64,000 bases of DNA from Patescibacteria group bacterium (GTDB lineage Bacteria; Patescibacteriota; Minisyncoccia; RBG-13-40-8-A). Numbering within the stretch: position 1 is the stretch's first letter; each line of letters begins with the position of its first letter. Both the position numbers and the translations under genes were made by a program. Shown piece after piece: positions 19,185 through 30,117 of the stretch. Location of the stretch: contig JAZDGD010000009.1 in assembly GCA_043807255.1 (NCBI GenBank), forward strand, positions 29,476 through 93,475. The letters are read 5' to 3'. A model generated the notes under the pieces. That model made no database searches and had not been told where the DNA came from. It worked only from the letters and a program-made list of their open reading frames with translations.

Positions 19185-20057
19185 TTACAAACTAATCATT
19201 TCTACTTCTTTTTGAATTTTTTCAAATTTAATAAATTTAAACTTGGTTAATAATTTGACCATCCCCCAACTCAACATTATCACTATTCCGACATACAGCA
19301 TGCTCACTATCTTTAGGGTAATGAACAATCCAACCGCCAATCCTAACGGGATTAAATACTGATAAGCACCGGTAACATTGTTTAATTGATAATCAATTAT
19401 TTTATATAAAACTTTTCTGCCCGTGTCATCTTTTTCCACTTTAATCCCAAATTTATTTTCCAATTCTTGTTTTTGTGACTCCTGAAGAATTTTATCGGCA
19501 TTTGAATCTAAATCAATCCCCAATGGAAGCTTTTTCTCAATTAGTCCTTCAAGTGGTTTTAAAATTGCATTTATGGTTTTTTCTGGAACATTTATTTTGG
19601 TCGTACTCTTTCTTGTTAGTTCTGGTGAAAAATAATAAACAATCGAAACAACCAGAATTAAAGCAGTTAAAAATATTGGCAGTCCTCTTTTAAAAATTCT
19701 AAAAAAGTTTAAATCAATTTGGACATCTTCTTCTTTTTTAATCTTTTTAGAAGCAGACATAAATGCCAGGAACAATAAGCCCAAAACAATCAGATAATAT
19801 AACGGTTCGGCGTTGAAGAAAATAAAAAATAGCAACAAGCTAATCACAAATCCACCAAAAAGAATTCGTTTATCTTTAACTAAAAGCATCGTCAAACAAT
19901 TGGCAATGCCGAATAGAACAAAAATTCCCACAATCAATGCCCAATGACTAACGAAATAATTGTGGCCATAAAATATCATTCTTAACATCCACCAACACAA
20001 AAAACTAAATAACACTAAAACACTAGCCAAAACTATTTCTTTTTGTTTCGTTTGCAT
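19185..20057 (-). CDS. Hypothetical multi-pass membrane protein
   Basis: 290 aa, several TM helices. Confidence 0.75.
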   Translation of the reverse strand: MQTKQKEIVLASVLVLFSFLCWWMLRMIFYGHNYFVSHWALIVGIFVLFGIANCLTMLLVKDKRILFGGFVISLLLFFIFFNAEPLYYLIVLGLLFLAFMSASKKIKKEEDVQIDLNFFRIFKRGLPIFLTALILVVSIVYYFSPELTRKSTTKINVPEKTINAILKPLEGLIEKKLPLGIDLDSNADKILQESQKQELENKFGIKVEKDDTGRKVLYKIIDYQLNNVTGAYQYLIPLGLAVGLFITLKIVSMLYVGIVIMLSWGMVKLLTKFKFIKFEKIQKEVEMISL

Positions 20058-20095
20058 ATTAGACCAATTAGGTTAATTAGAATAATTAGGTTAAT

Positions 20096-21960
20096 TTATT
20101 TTGTTGTCTCTCCTTCCTGGATATCCGGATTTTTGTCGTCTTTTTTTTGCGCTTCTTGTTGTGCTTTATATAATTCAGTTCCAACTTTTTGAATTGCTTG
20201 CGATAACGATTCTGACGCTTTTTTAATGCCCTCGATATCATCGCTATCTTTTATTTTCTTCAATGCCTCCACCCTGTCTTCAATTTCTTTTTTGTCTTCT
20301 GCTTTTATTTTATCACCAAATTCTTTTATTGTCTTCTCGGTTGAAAAAACTAAAGTATCGGCAGTATTTCTAATATCAACAACTTCTTTTTTCTTTTTAT
20401 CTTCTTCTGCGTGAATCTCTGCGTCTTTTTTCATTTTTTCAATGTCTTCTTTCGATAAACCTGAAGACGCTTCAATCCTAATTGATTGTTTTTTGTTTGT
20501 TGCTTTATCCAAGGCAGAAACATTTAAAACTCCGTTTGCATCAAGATCAAACGTAACTTCAACTTGCGGAATTCCTTTTGGTGCTGGCGGAATGCCATCC
20601 AAAATAAACCTACCTAGAGTTTTATTGTCACCAGCCATTGGTCTTTCGCCCTGAAGCACATGAATTTCAACTGACGGCTGATTGTCGCCTGCGGTAGAAA
20701 ACACCTGTGTCTTTGCAGCTGGAATGGTTGTGTTTTTTCAACCAATCTAGTCATAACACTACCTAAAGTTTCTATCCCCAATGATAATGGAGTGACGTCT
20801 AACAATAAAACATCTTTAACGTCTCCTTGAAATATGCCACCCTGAACAGCGGCACCCAAAGCAACTACTTCGTCGGGATTAATATCTTTGTGTGGTTCCT
20901 TGCCAAACAAATCTTTAACTTTTTGTTGCATTAATGGCATTCTGGTTTGACCGCCAACTAAAACAACTTCATCAATATCGGTAATTTTAAATCCTGAATC
21001 ATCAACAACTTGTTTGGTGATTTTTATTGCTTTGTCGATATATTCGCCAACTAAGTCCTCTAATTTTGCACGAGTAAATTTAACGTTTAAATGTTTTGGT
21101 CCATCCGAACCGCTAGTAATAAATGGAATGTTTACCTCTGTTTCAATCGCCGAAGATAATTCATGTTTTGCTTTTTCGGCAGCGTCTTTTAATCTCTGAA
21201 TTGCTAATTGATCTTTTGCCAAATCAATTCCCTCTTGTTTTTTAAATTCGTCAACAAGCCAATTCATAATGATTTGATCAAAGTCATCTCCGCCCAAGTG
21301 TGTATCGCCACCGGTTGATTTAACTTCGACGGTGTCTTTAGAAACTTCAAGCACTGAGACATCAAACGTTCCACCACCGAAATCAAAAACAACAATTTGC
21401 TCGTCTTTCTTTTTATTCAATCCGTAGGCAAGAGCAGCTGCGGTTGGTTCGTTAATAATTCTTTTAACTTTTAATCCAGCAATTTCCCCAGCGTCAATGG
21501 TCGCTTTTCTTTGTGCGTCATCAAAATAAGCCGGAACAGTAATAACTGCTTCAGTGATTTTTTCTCCCAACTTGTCTTCGGCGTCTTGTTTTAGTTTCTG
21601 TAAAATCATTGCAGAAATTTCAGCTGGTCCTTGCCATTTACCATTTAAATTAACTTCTACCGCACCTTCTTTTGATGCTCTGATTTCATAGGGTAAAAGT
21701 TTTTTATCACGCTGAACTTCGGCATCAGAAAATCTTCTGCCGATTAATCTTTTTACAGAATAAACTGTATTTTTCGAATTGGTTACAGCTTGTCTTTTTG
21801 CTAAAAGACCAACCAAACGTTCGCCTGCTTTTGAAACAGCAACAATCGAAGGAGTTGTTCTGTTTCCTTCTTTGTTTTCAATTATTCTTGGCTCGCCTCC
21901 CTCAACAATTGCCATCGCTGAATTAGTCGTGCCCAAATCGATACCTAATATCTTTGACAT
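20096..21960 (-). CDS. dnaK: Chaperone DnaK, split by a 1-nt frameshift near 20733-20738
   Basis: GIDLGTTNS...[11 protein letters not shown] in 20614-21960 and FSTAGDNQ... in 20096-20704; one extra A restores [17 protein letters not shown]. Confidence 0.93.
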
Positions 21961-22014
21961 ATATTTGCTTGCCCCGTTAAATCTCGCGAAGCGAATATTT
22001 AACTGGGGTTTTAC

Positions 22015-22527
22015 TTACTTATTAATTTTAACCTTACTTGCTCTAATTATTTTATTATTAAACCTATAGCCTTTTTGAATTTCTTCGGCGACAATCCCCT
22101 GTTCGCCACTGTCAACTTCGCCAACTGACTCATGAAACTCTGTGTTAAATTTTTCACCAAGTGCTTGAATTTCTTCGAGCCCTTGGCTTTTTAAAATACC
22201 CTTGAGCTGATTGTAAATCTGCGAAAGCCCGATCGCCTCTGGCGATTTAGAGTCCCCGTGTTTTATTGCTAATTCAAAACTATCTAAAACCGGCAAAATT
22301 TCATAAATCAAACCCTCGTTTGCAAATTTAAAAATTTCGGAAATTTTTGCTTCTTGCTCCTTTTTATAATTTATCAAATCTGCTTTTGCTCTTTGCCATC
22401 CACCCAAATATTCCGCCCTTTCTTGTTCGCAAAGACCCAATTTATCTTTGGTCTTCTTTATTTTGTGTTCGGCTTTTTCCGTATCTTCTTCCGTTTCGTA
22501 TTTAATTTCTTCGTTATCTTTATTCAT
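22015..22527 (-). CDS. grpE: Nucleotide exchange factor GrpE
   Basis: RAKADLINYKK, LPVLDSFE, QKGY, IRASKV. Confidence 0.95.
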   Translation of the reverse strand: MNKDNEEIKYETEEDTEKAEHKIKKTKDKLGLCEQERAEYLGGWQRAKADLINYKKEQEAKISEIFKFANEGLIYEILPVLDSFELAIKHGDSKSPEAIGLSQIYNQLKGILKSQGLEEIQALGEKFNTEFHESVGEVDSGEQGIVAEEIQKGYRFNNKIIRASKVKINK

Positions 22528-23044
22528 AGAATTCCTCTAACATTTCTTTTAGTTTATTAATCAACGAAATATTGTGATCGTAATTTGTTCTCGTTGGACT
22601 TAAAAAACCAACAATTTCGTTTTTATTATTAGGGGTTTTATGCCCCGTAACAATCAATGAATATTTTTTGGTTTTAATCATTGGGATGTCTTTACCAATA
22701 AAAACCTGTGTTGTCTCTTCACCAACTTCCTTAAATAAATAATTAAAGTGTTGTTCAAAAATATCTTCTGTCGATTGTTGATTAATTTCTGTTGAAGCCT
22801 CTGTTTTCTTTTCTGATAAATTTATAAAAAATCGATATGCTTTTTCTGTGGGCACTCTTCCCGCTGATGTGTGTGGCTGATTTAAATACCCCGCCTGTTT
22901 TAATTCCATCATTTCGTTTCTTAGGGTCGCTGAACTTAACCCAAGCTTTTTTTGAGTTAATATTTTTGAACTTACGGGCTTAGAATTCTTAACATAATCT
23001 TTAACAATAAGTTCTAATATTTTTTGTTGTCTTTCTGTTATCAT
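22520..23044 (-). CDS. hrcA: Heat-inducible repressor HrcA (short)
   Basis: TERQQKIL, SSATLRNEM, QPHTSAGRVPT; start set at MITER. Confidence 0.92.
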   Translation of the reverse strand: MITERQQKILELIVKDYVKNSKPVSSKILTQKKLGLSSATLRNEMMELKQAGYLNQPHTSAGRVPTEKAYRFFINLSEKKTEASTEINQQSTEDIFEQHFNYLFKEVGEETTQVFIGKDIPMIKTKKYSLIVTGHKTPNNKNEIVGFLSPTRTNYDHNISLINKLKEMLEEFYE

Positions 23045-23092
23045 AATATTGGCATCGCGCTGAGCGCGATTAGCCAACCACGCTCAGCGTGG

Positions 23093-23119
23093 TTGGCACT
23101 CTATTAATACGAGTGCTAA
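23093..23119 (-). promoter_or_regulatory. CIRCE operator
   Basis: Minus strand TTAGCACTC-N9-GAGTGCCAA upstream of hrcA. Confidence 0.92.
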
Positions 23120-23235
23120 TTCAATATTATTACATAAAATAGAACGTGTCAAGTTTATCCCGACTCCACGTCGGGGCCCGACGCAAGGCCGGGGCAAGGT
23201 TTGTTGTATGAGATTTATTTTGGTATAATTAAGGC

Positions 23236-24150
23236 ATGCAAAAAATTCAAATCAAAAATTTAACTTGGGTTGACATAACTGACCCCAAAAAAGAAGATAT
23301 TGATTATCTTCAATCTTTAAGCTTTCACCCTGTTGTTTTAGGAGAACTACAATCTCCCACTTTGCGACCAAAGGTAGAAGAATATGACAATTATCTTTAT
23401 ATGGTCTTACATTTTCCAATTTACCATCCCAAAGAAAAAACCAGCAAATCAATGGAAATAGATTTTCTTATAACCAAATACTCCCTAATTACAGTACGAT
23501 ATGGAAAAATTCAACCCCTACAAGAGTTCTGGGAAAAATGTAAGTCTGGAGATGAAAGTATATTGTTTAATTACTCTTCTGCTTCTTTGCTCTATTACAT
23601 GCTTCAAGAACTAAATAAATTTTCATTTAGACAAATTGATCATATTACCAAAAAAATAGACGCACTCGAAGAAAAAGTTTTCAAAGAAAGAGACCCTAAA
23701 AACGAGGAAAAATTAGTTGAAGAAATTTCTATCATTAGACGAGACATCCTAGATTTTAGAAGAACCATTAAGCCGCAAGAAACAATTCTTAGTTCTCTAA
23801 AAACCAGAGGTGTCAATTTTTTTGGACAAACCACTCTTCCCTATTTTAACGATATAATTGGAGATCATTTAAGGGTGTGGGAACTATTAGACAATCACAA
23901 GGAAACGATAGAATCGTTACAACAAGCCAATGATTCACTTTTGTCGAACAAAACAAACCGCATTATGAAATTAATTACGTTGTTTGCGGTCATTGTTTTC
24001 CCGCTCAGCTTACTTGCTGCATTGTTTGGCATGAACACCCATTATATGCCAATTGTTGGCATTGAGCATGATTTTTGGATTATCTTAGGAATAATGGCCA
24101 CAGGAACATTCGGAATGATTGCCCTGTTTAAAAGAAAAAAATGGCTATAA
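23236..24150 (+). CDS. corA: CorA family Mg2+ transporter
   Basis: RPKVEEY, two C-terminal TMs with GMN. Confidence 0.93.
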   Translation: MQKIQIKNLTWVDITDPKKEDIDYLQSLSFHPVVLGELQSPTLRPKVEEYDNYLYMVLHFPIYHPKEKTSKSMEIDFLITKYSLITVRYGKIQPLQEFWEKCKSGDESILFNYSSASLLYYMLQELNKFSFRQIDHITKKIDALEEKVFKERDPKNEEKLVEEISIIRRDILDFRRTIKPQETILSSLKTRGVNFFGQTTLPYFNDIIGDHLRVWELLDNHKETIESLQQANDSLLSNKTNRIMKLITLFAVIVFPLSLLAALFGMNTHYMPIVGIEHDFWIILGIMATGTFGMIALFKRKKWL

Positions 24151-25532
24151 GATTATACAATACGCTAACCAGAAAAAAGGAAATTTTTAAACCCATTAAG
24201 AAGGGTTTTGTTGGTATTTATACTTGCGGGCCAACCGTTTATTCTTTTGCTCACATTGGGAATTTAAGAAGTTATGTTTTTGCTGATATTTTAAAAAGAA
24301 TTTTTATTTACAATAAATATAAAGTAAAACACGTAATCAATGTAACTGATGTTGGACATTTAACCTCTGATGCCGATGAAGGCGAAGATAAAATAGAAAA
24401 AGCGGCCTTGCGCGAAAATAAAAAAGCTGAAGATATCGCAAATTATTATTTTGGATTTTTCAAACGAGACCTAGAAAAACTTAATATTTTAAAACCAGAA
24501 ATTTATTGTAAGGCAACCGAACACATTAAAGAACAAATTGAGTTAATCAAAAAGCTTGAAAAAAAAGGATTTACTTATAAAACCTCTGATGGAATTTATT
24601 TTGATACATCTAAAATAAAAGACTACGGTAAGCTTGCACAATTAAAAAAAGAAGGGTTAATTGCTGGCAAGAGAATTGATTTTAAAGAAAAGAAAAATAT
24701 CACTGATTTTGCTTTATGGAAATTCTCCCCGCCTATCGGCGGGGCAAGCTTCTCTCTTAAGAGACAACAGGAATGGAAAAGTCCTTGGGGCGTTGGCTTT
24801 CCCGGCTGGCACATTGAATGCTCGGCAATGTCTATAAAATATCTCAGTGAACATTTTGATATTCATACTGGCGGGATTGACCACATTCCAATTCATCACA
24901 CCAACGAGATTGCCCAGTCCGAAGCAGCTACCGAAAAGAAATTCGTAAATTATTGGATACACGGCGAATTCCTTAATTTTAAAGGGAAAAAAGTTTCGAA
25001 ATCGAAAGGCGGGCTTTATACCGTTTCGGAGTTGCAAGAAAAAGGATTTAATCCCCTTGCATTTCGTTATTTAACATTTATCACTCATTATCGTGACCCA
25101 TTAAATTTTTCCCTAGAATCATTACAAAGCGCACAAGAATCATATAATCGATTAAAAAATATTATATGGGAGAACCGAGACAAAAGAACCAAAAAAGAGT
25201 ATTTGAAAGAATTTCAAAAAGCTATTAACGATGACTTAAATATGCCCAAGGCATTAAGCATTGTTTGGAAAATGGTACGAGACAAGAAACCCGCCCGCAA
25301 CGCCAGCAAGCTGTCTTGCTTGGCAGGCGAGGTGGACAAGGTTTTTGGATTGGATTTGTTAAAGAAAGAAAAGATAGAAATTTCTTCCGGCGTTGAGGAT
25401 TTAATCAAAGACCGCGAACAATCAAGAAAGAATAAGGACTGGCAAAAATCCGACGAGCTTCGTGACAAAATAAAATCCCTCGGTTATACCGTCGAAGACA
25501 CCCCCGAAGGACAAAAAATTAAGAAAATATAA
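24141..25532 (+). CDS. cysS: Cysteine--tRNA ligase
   Basis: [25 protein letters not shown]. Confidence 0.97.
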   Translation: MAIRLYNTLTRKKEIFKPIKKGFVGIYTCGPTVYSFAHIGNLRSYVFADILKRIFIYNKYKVKHVINVTDVGHLTSDADEGEDKIEKAALRENKKAEDIANYYFGFFKRDLEKLNILKPEIYCKATEHIKEQIELIKKLEKKGFTYKTSDGIYFDTSKIKDYGKLAQLKKEGLIAGKRIDFKEKKNITDFALWKFSPPIGGASFSLKRQQEWKSPWGVGFPGWHIECSAMSIKYLSEHFDIHTGGIDHIPIHHTNEIAQSEAATEKKFVNYWIHGEFLNFKGKKVSKSKGGLYTVSELQEKGFNPLAFRYLTFITHYRDPLNFSLESLQSAQESYNRLKNIIWENRDKRTKKEYLKEFQKAINDDLNMPKALSIVWKMVRDKKPARNASKLSCLAGEVDKVFGLDLLKKEKIEISSGVEDLIKDREQSRKNKDWQKSDELRDKIKSLGYTVEDTPEGQKIKKI

Positions 25533-25604
25533 TACACCAGATATAAACAGATTCTTAGCAAAAGCTCGTTTGACGACGGGCTTTTCGATTGCTAAAATTA
25601 GGGT

Positions 25605-26972
25605 ATGGCAAAACATAACCAAGAGAAACAAGACAAACTTCCACCACAAAGCATTGAAGCAGAACAATCTGTTTTGGGTTCATTGCTTTTAAATAAAAAA
25701 GCGATTATTAGAATTGCTGATATTTTACATCCTGAAGATTTTTATCGCGATACCCACAGAATCATCTATGAAACAATGATTCAGCTTTTTGAAAAAAATG
25801 AACCAATCGATGTTTTGACTGTCGCTTCTCGACTGGAAGACAATGGACAATTGGAAAAAATTGGCGATTCAAGTTATCTAACCAATCTTGTAAATTGCGT
25901 TCCAACTGCCTCTAATATTGTCCATTACGCAAAAATTGTTCAAAGGAAAAAGCTTTTAAGAGACTTAATTGACGCAGCATACGATATTACTCAATTAAGT
26001 TTCGAGGAATCGCAAGATATTGAAAATATTTTAGATCAAGCAGAAAAAAATATATTTGCTGTCTCACAAAAATCATTAAAACAATATTTTATACCAATTA
26101 AACCCGCGCTTGCAGAAGCGTTTGAAAGAATTGATTTAATACACAAACACGAAGGTGGTGCGCTTCGCGGGACCCCAACTGGATTTAAGGATTTAGATAA
26201 TATTTTGGCAGGACTTCAAAAATCCGATTATATCTTATTGGCAGCCAGACCAAGTTTAGGAAAAACCACGTTAGCCCTTGATATCGCCAGACATGTTGCA
26301 ATTAGAGAAAAGAAAACTGTGGGGATTTTCAGTTTAGAAATGTCTTCTGCCCAACTTGTTGATAGAATGCTTTGCGCTGAAGCAAAAATTGATTTATGGA
26401 AATTAAGAACTGGCCGACTTTCAGATAAAGGCGAAGATAATGATTTTTCAAGAATTCAAGAGGCAATGGGAACACTTTCAGAAAGTCCAATATTTATTGA
26501 TGACACCGCTGGCTCGACAGTGCTAGAAATTAAAACTAAAGCCAGACGACTTCAATCAGAACACGAGTTAGGACTAATTATTGTTGATTATATTCAATTA
26601 ATAAATGCTCCTGGATACCAAAACAACCCCGTTCAACAAATGACTGATATTTCCAGATCATTGAAGGCATTGGCACGTGAATTAGATGTTCCCGTTTTAG
26701 CGGTTTCCCAATTAAATCGCGCAACCGAACAAAGATCACCAAGAATCCCGCGTTTATCTGACCTTAGAGAATCCGGCTCCTTAGAGCAAGATGCCGATGT
26801 TGTAATTTTGATTTACAGAGAGGACGTTGACATTAAACAAAGTGAAAGAAAAAATATTGCTGATATTTTTATTGCCAAACACAGAAACGGCCCAACCGGA
26901 CAAATCGAACTTTATTTCGACCAAGACAAGGTAAGCTTTCAAAATCTTGCCAAGCAAACATACGAGGAATAA
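25605..26972 (+). CDS. dnaB: Replicative DNA helicase
   Basis: AARPSLGKT, SQLNR, DLRESGSLEQDAD, KHRNGP. Confidence 0.98.
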   Translation: MAKHNQEKQDKLPPQSIEAEQSVLGSLLLNKKAIIRIADILHPEDFYRDTHRIIYETMIQLFEKNEPIDVLTVASRLEDNGQLEKIGDSSYLTNLVNCVPTASNIVHYAKIVQRKKLLRDLIDAAYDITQLSFEESQDIENILDQAEKNIFAVSQKSLKQYFIPIKPALAEAFERIDLIHKHEGGALRGTPTGFKDLDNILAGLQKSDYILLAARPSLGKTTLALDIARHVAIREKKTVGIFSLEMSSAQLVDRMLCAEAKIDLWKLRTGRLSDKGEDNDFSRIQEAMGTLSESPIFIDDTAGSTVLEIKTKARRLQSEHELGLIIVDYIQLINAPGYQNNPVQQMTDISRSLKALARELDVPVLAVSQLNRATEQRSPRIPRLSDLRESGSLEQDADVVILIYREDVDIKQSERKNIADIFIAKHRNGPTGQIELYFDQDKVSFQNLAKQTYEE

Positions 26973-27005
26973 CGTCTAATTATTCTAATTGATCTAATTA
27001 TTCTA

Positions 27006-27626
27006 ATGTTACCAAGATCCATACAAAATTTAATTGATGAGTTTGCCAAACTTCCATCAGTGGGGCCGAGACAAGCGGCTCGTTTTGTTTTTTATTTATT
27101 AAATGAGCCCAAAGAAGATATTGAAAAATTCGCTAAGAAATTATTTATCCTAAAAAAGATTAAACATTGTCATTTCTGTAATCGTGCAATCGAGCCCTCC
27201 TTCGCCAAGGCTACGGAGGGCAAGCCCGCCTTGTGTGATATTTGCAAGAACAAAGATAGAGACAGAAGTTTAATCTGTATTATAGAAAAAGACACCGACA
27301 TTGAATCAATTGAAAAAACTAAAAGATACGATGGCATTTATTATGTAATTGGAACCGAAGATGAAAATATCCAATTGAACCGACTCAAGGATTTAATCTC
27401 GCGAATTAAAAAATCCGAAAAGGAATTAAATGAAATTATTATTGCTACTGACGCCACAACTGAGGGCGAAACAATTGCCCTATATTCCGCAAGACAACTC
27501 GAGGAACTTAAAAAAACCTACCCAGGGCTTAAAATAACCCGCTTAGGACGCGGTTTATCCACTGGAGCAGAGTTAGAGTATATGGACGAAGATACGCTTT
27601 CCAACGCATTGTTGGGGAGAAAATAA
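27006..27626 (+). CDS. recR: Recombination mediator RecR
   Basis: LPSVGPRQA, C4 zinc finger, EGETIA, GAELEYMD. Confidence 0.93.
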   Translation: MLPRSIQNLIDEFAKLPSVGPRQAARFVFYLLNEPKEDIEKFAKKLFILKKIKHCHFCNRAIEPSFAKATEGKPALCDICKNKDRDRSLICIIEKDTDIESIEKTKRYDGIYYVIGTEDENIQLNRLKDLISRIKKSEKELNEIIIATDATTEGETIALYSARQLEELKKTYPGLKITRLGRGLSTGAELEYMDEDTLSNALLGRK

Positions 27627-27639
27627 AGATTTAAGAATA

Positions 27640-27677
27640 AAAAAAACGCCCCGATGAACATCGGGGGCGTTTTTTTT
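27640..27677. terminator. Bidirectional terminator between recR and rplU
   Basis: A-run CGCCCCGATG-AA-CATCGGGGGCG T-run between convergent genes. Confidence 0.8.
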
Positions 27678-27691
27678 ATTATACAATTCAA

Positions 27692-28006
27692 TTAAGCAGC
27701 AATGATTTCTTTGATTTCGACTTCCGTATATGGTTGTCTGTGGCCTCTTTTTGTGTGCTGTCTTTTTTTTGCTTTGTATTTGAAAACGATAATTTTTTTG
27801 GCCCTGTCTTGTTTTAAAATGGTGCCAGTAACTTTGGCGCCTTTTATAAATGGCTTACCAATTTCAATAACTTTGTCATCTTCAAATAACAAAACATCAG
27901 TGAATTCAACTTGTCCACCCACTTCGCCTTCGAGTTTCTCAATTTTAAGTTTTTGTTTTGGAGAAACAATATATTGTTTCCCGCCAGTTTTTATAATTGC
28001 TAACAT
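27692..28006 (-). CDS. rplU: 50S ribosomal protein L21
   Basis: AIIKTGGKQY, GHRQPYT. Confidence 0.97.
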   Translation of the reverse strand: MLAIIKTGGKQYIVSPKQKLKIEKLEGEVGGQVEFTDVLLFEDDKVIEIGKPFIKGAKVTGTILKQDRAKKIIVFKYKAKKRQHTKRGHRQPYTEVEIKEIIAA

Positions 28007-28017
28007 ATTTTTATTTA

Positions 28018-29061
28018 CTATTCTTCCATATTTAGTGGTCCTTCAATTTCGATTGCCTCAACCTTTTCTTTGCCACTAGTAAGTTTAGCTGTGTCTTTTT
28101 CAATTTTAGCAAACTCCTTATAGGCCTTATTATAAGTACTAACCGTAGTTTGAAGGTGTGAACCCAGTTTAGCAAGAAATTCATTATAATTCAAGAGGTG
28201 CTTCCTTAAAACCTCAACTCTGCCCAAAATCTCCTTTGCCGACTCCTCTATACTTAATGCTCTTAGCCCCTGTAGAACGGTCTGCAAATAAGCATAAAAA
28301 GATGTTGGCGAAACAATAATTACATGTTTTTCTTTAAATGCGTACTCAATTAAGTCATAGGTGCTAACCTTAACTGCGCCAACTTGATTGATTAACAAAT
28401 CATAATAAATTCCCTCCGAAGGAATAAACATAAATGCAAAATCCATCGTCCCTTCTGTGGGTCGAATATACTTTGCAGTTTCTTCGATTCTAACTTTAAG
28501 GTCCTGTTTAAACAATTTTTCGAATTCCCCTTTTTTGGTCTCGTCTTTTTCTTCGACAATACGATTATAATTTTCTAAAGAAAACTTTGAATCAATCGGT
28601 ACAATTTTATCTTTAATAAAAATTACTGCGTCAACTTTATCGCCATTTTTAAATTTATATTGTAATTGATACTGATTAGGCGCAAATACATTTTGTAATA
28701 ATGTTTCCAAAAAATATTCTCCCAAACTTCCTCTTTGCTTAGGATTGGCTAAAATATCAGTTAATTTACCCAATTGATTTTTAACGTCAACCACATGTTG
28801 ATTATCAACATGAATTTTTTCCAATTGCGAAGTAATTTCTTTAATTCGGCTATTTGCGTCTCGAGAAATTCTTCCGCTCTCCTCAAATTGTCTTTGTAAT
28901 GACTCTAAACTCTTGTCTCTTGATTCACTCAATTCTTTTCTAATCTCTTTTAACTCGTCTCTTAGTTCCCTATCAGCATTTCCGCCCTTGTTTTGTTTGA
29001 AAAACAAATAAAAAATCCCTGCAATCAAAATAATTATTATAATATATAAAAAATATGTCAT
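28018..29061 (-). CDS. rmuC: DNA recombination protein RmuC
   Basis: RGSLGE, IDSKF, KYIRP..GTMDFAFMFIPSE; N-terminal TM. Confidence 0.92.
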   Translation of the reverse strand: MTYFLYIIIIILIAGIFYLFFKQNKGGNADRELRDELKEIRKELSESRDKSLESLQRQFEESGRISRDANSRIKEITSQLEKIHVDNQHVVDVKNQLGKLTDILANPKQRGSLGEYFLETLLQNVFAPNQYQLQYKFKNGDKVDAVIFIKDKIVPIDSKFSLENYNRIVEEKDETKKGEFEKLFKQDLKVRIEETAKYIRPTEGTMDFAFMFIPSEGIYYDLLINQVGAVKVSTYDLIEYAFKEKHVIIVSPTSFYAYLQTVLQGLRALSIEESAKEILGRVEVLRKHLLNYNEFLAKLGSHLQTTVSTYNKAYKEFAKIEKDTAKLTSGKEKVEAIEIEGPLNMEE

Positions 29062-29074
29062 TGATATAATTCTA

Positions 29075-30028
29075 CTACCTAAATATAAATTCCGCAATTA
29101 AAAATAAAACATAAACACCAATCAAAATCCAGCCCTCTTTTTTGGAAACCTTTCTCCCGCTGGCCAAAAAAATATTAGCCAAAAAAATTGCCAATAACAT
29201 AAATCCCGCACCGATAAAAGTTACATTCAAATTCTCAAGTTTAATTGGACTAATGATTGCTGAGATTCCCAAAATAAATGTTGAATTAACCACAATGCTT
29301 CCAATAATATTCCCCAAACACATCCCCTCGTGTTTCACAATTGCAGATTTTATGCCAAAAACCAATTCCGGCAAAGCGGTTCCCATTGCCACCAAAACTA
29401 TACTTACCAGCGCCAACGGAATATATAATTCTTCGGCAATTAATTTGGCGCATTCAACAACTCCCCACGCAGACAAAATCAAAACCAATACTGCTAATGC
29501 AAAAAAACCAACAACTTTCAATAATTTATGTGAATTATTAATCTCACCTTTAATGTGATGAACTCTGTGTGTAAACGCATCTTTTGACTTTAATAAATGC
29601 CAAGCATACCAACCAAAAATAATCAATAACACAAATCCTTCTGGCCGTGAAAGTTTTTTATCAAGCAACAGAAGCAATGGAATTAAAGAAATAAAAAACA
29701 CAATCCAGGCATCCTTTTTGGCAATCTTGCTTTCAACTTTCAGCCCCCCAGAAACAACTGCGACCAACCCCAAGATAAAAGTTAAATTTATAAAATTCGA
29801 ACCGATAACATTGCCCAAAGAAACAACCGAAAGCCCCTTTATCCCGGAAGTAATGCCCACGACCAATTCTGGCAATGTGGTTGCAAAGGTAACCAAAATA
29901 AAAGCCAAAACAAATTCAGTTAACTTTAAATATTTCGATAATTGTGCTAATGACCTTACCAAATGTGCCCCACTGCGTATTAATATATAGCACAAAACAA
30001 CAAAAATTAAGAGATACAGAATAATCAT
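29075..30028 (-). CDS. Na+/Ca2+ antiporter (YrbG family)
   Basis: Two TxLPE...GNxIGSx repeats. Confidence 0.9.
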   Translation of the reverse strand: MIILYLLIFVVLCYILIRSGAHLVRSLAQLSKYLKLTEFVLAFILVTFATTLPELVVGITSGIKGLSVVSLGNVIGSNFINLTFILGLVAVVSGGLKVESKIAKKDAWIVFFISLIPLLLLLDKKLSRPEGFVLLIIFGWYAWHLLKSKDAFTHRVHHIKGEINNSHKLLKVVGFFALAVLVLILSAWGVVECAKLIAEELYIPLALVSIVLVAMGTALPELVFGIKSAIVKHEGMCLGNIIGSIVVNSTFILGISAIISPIKLENLNVTFIGAGFMLLAIFLANIFLASGRKVSKKEGWILIGVYVLFLIAEFIFR

Positions 30029-30071
30029 ATCTGTTTACATTTTAACACAAAAAAATCTTTTATTGAATTAA

Positions 30072-30100
30072 AAAGCGGTCATCCGCAGGATGACCGCTTT
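30072..30100 (-). terminator. Rho-independent terminator
   Basis: AAAGCGGTCATCC-GCA-GGATGACCGCTTT. Confidence 0.75.
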
Positions 30101-30117
30101 CGTATAATTAATTCTGA

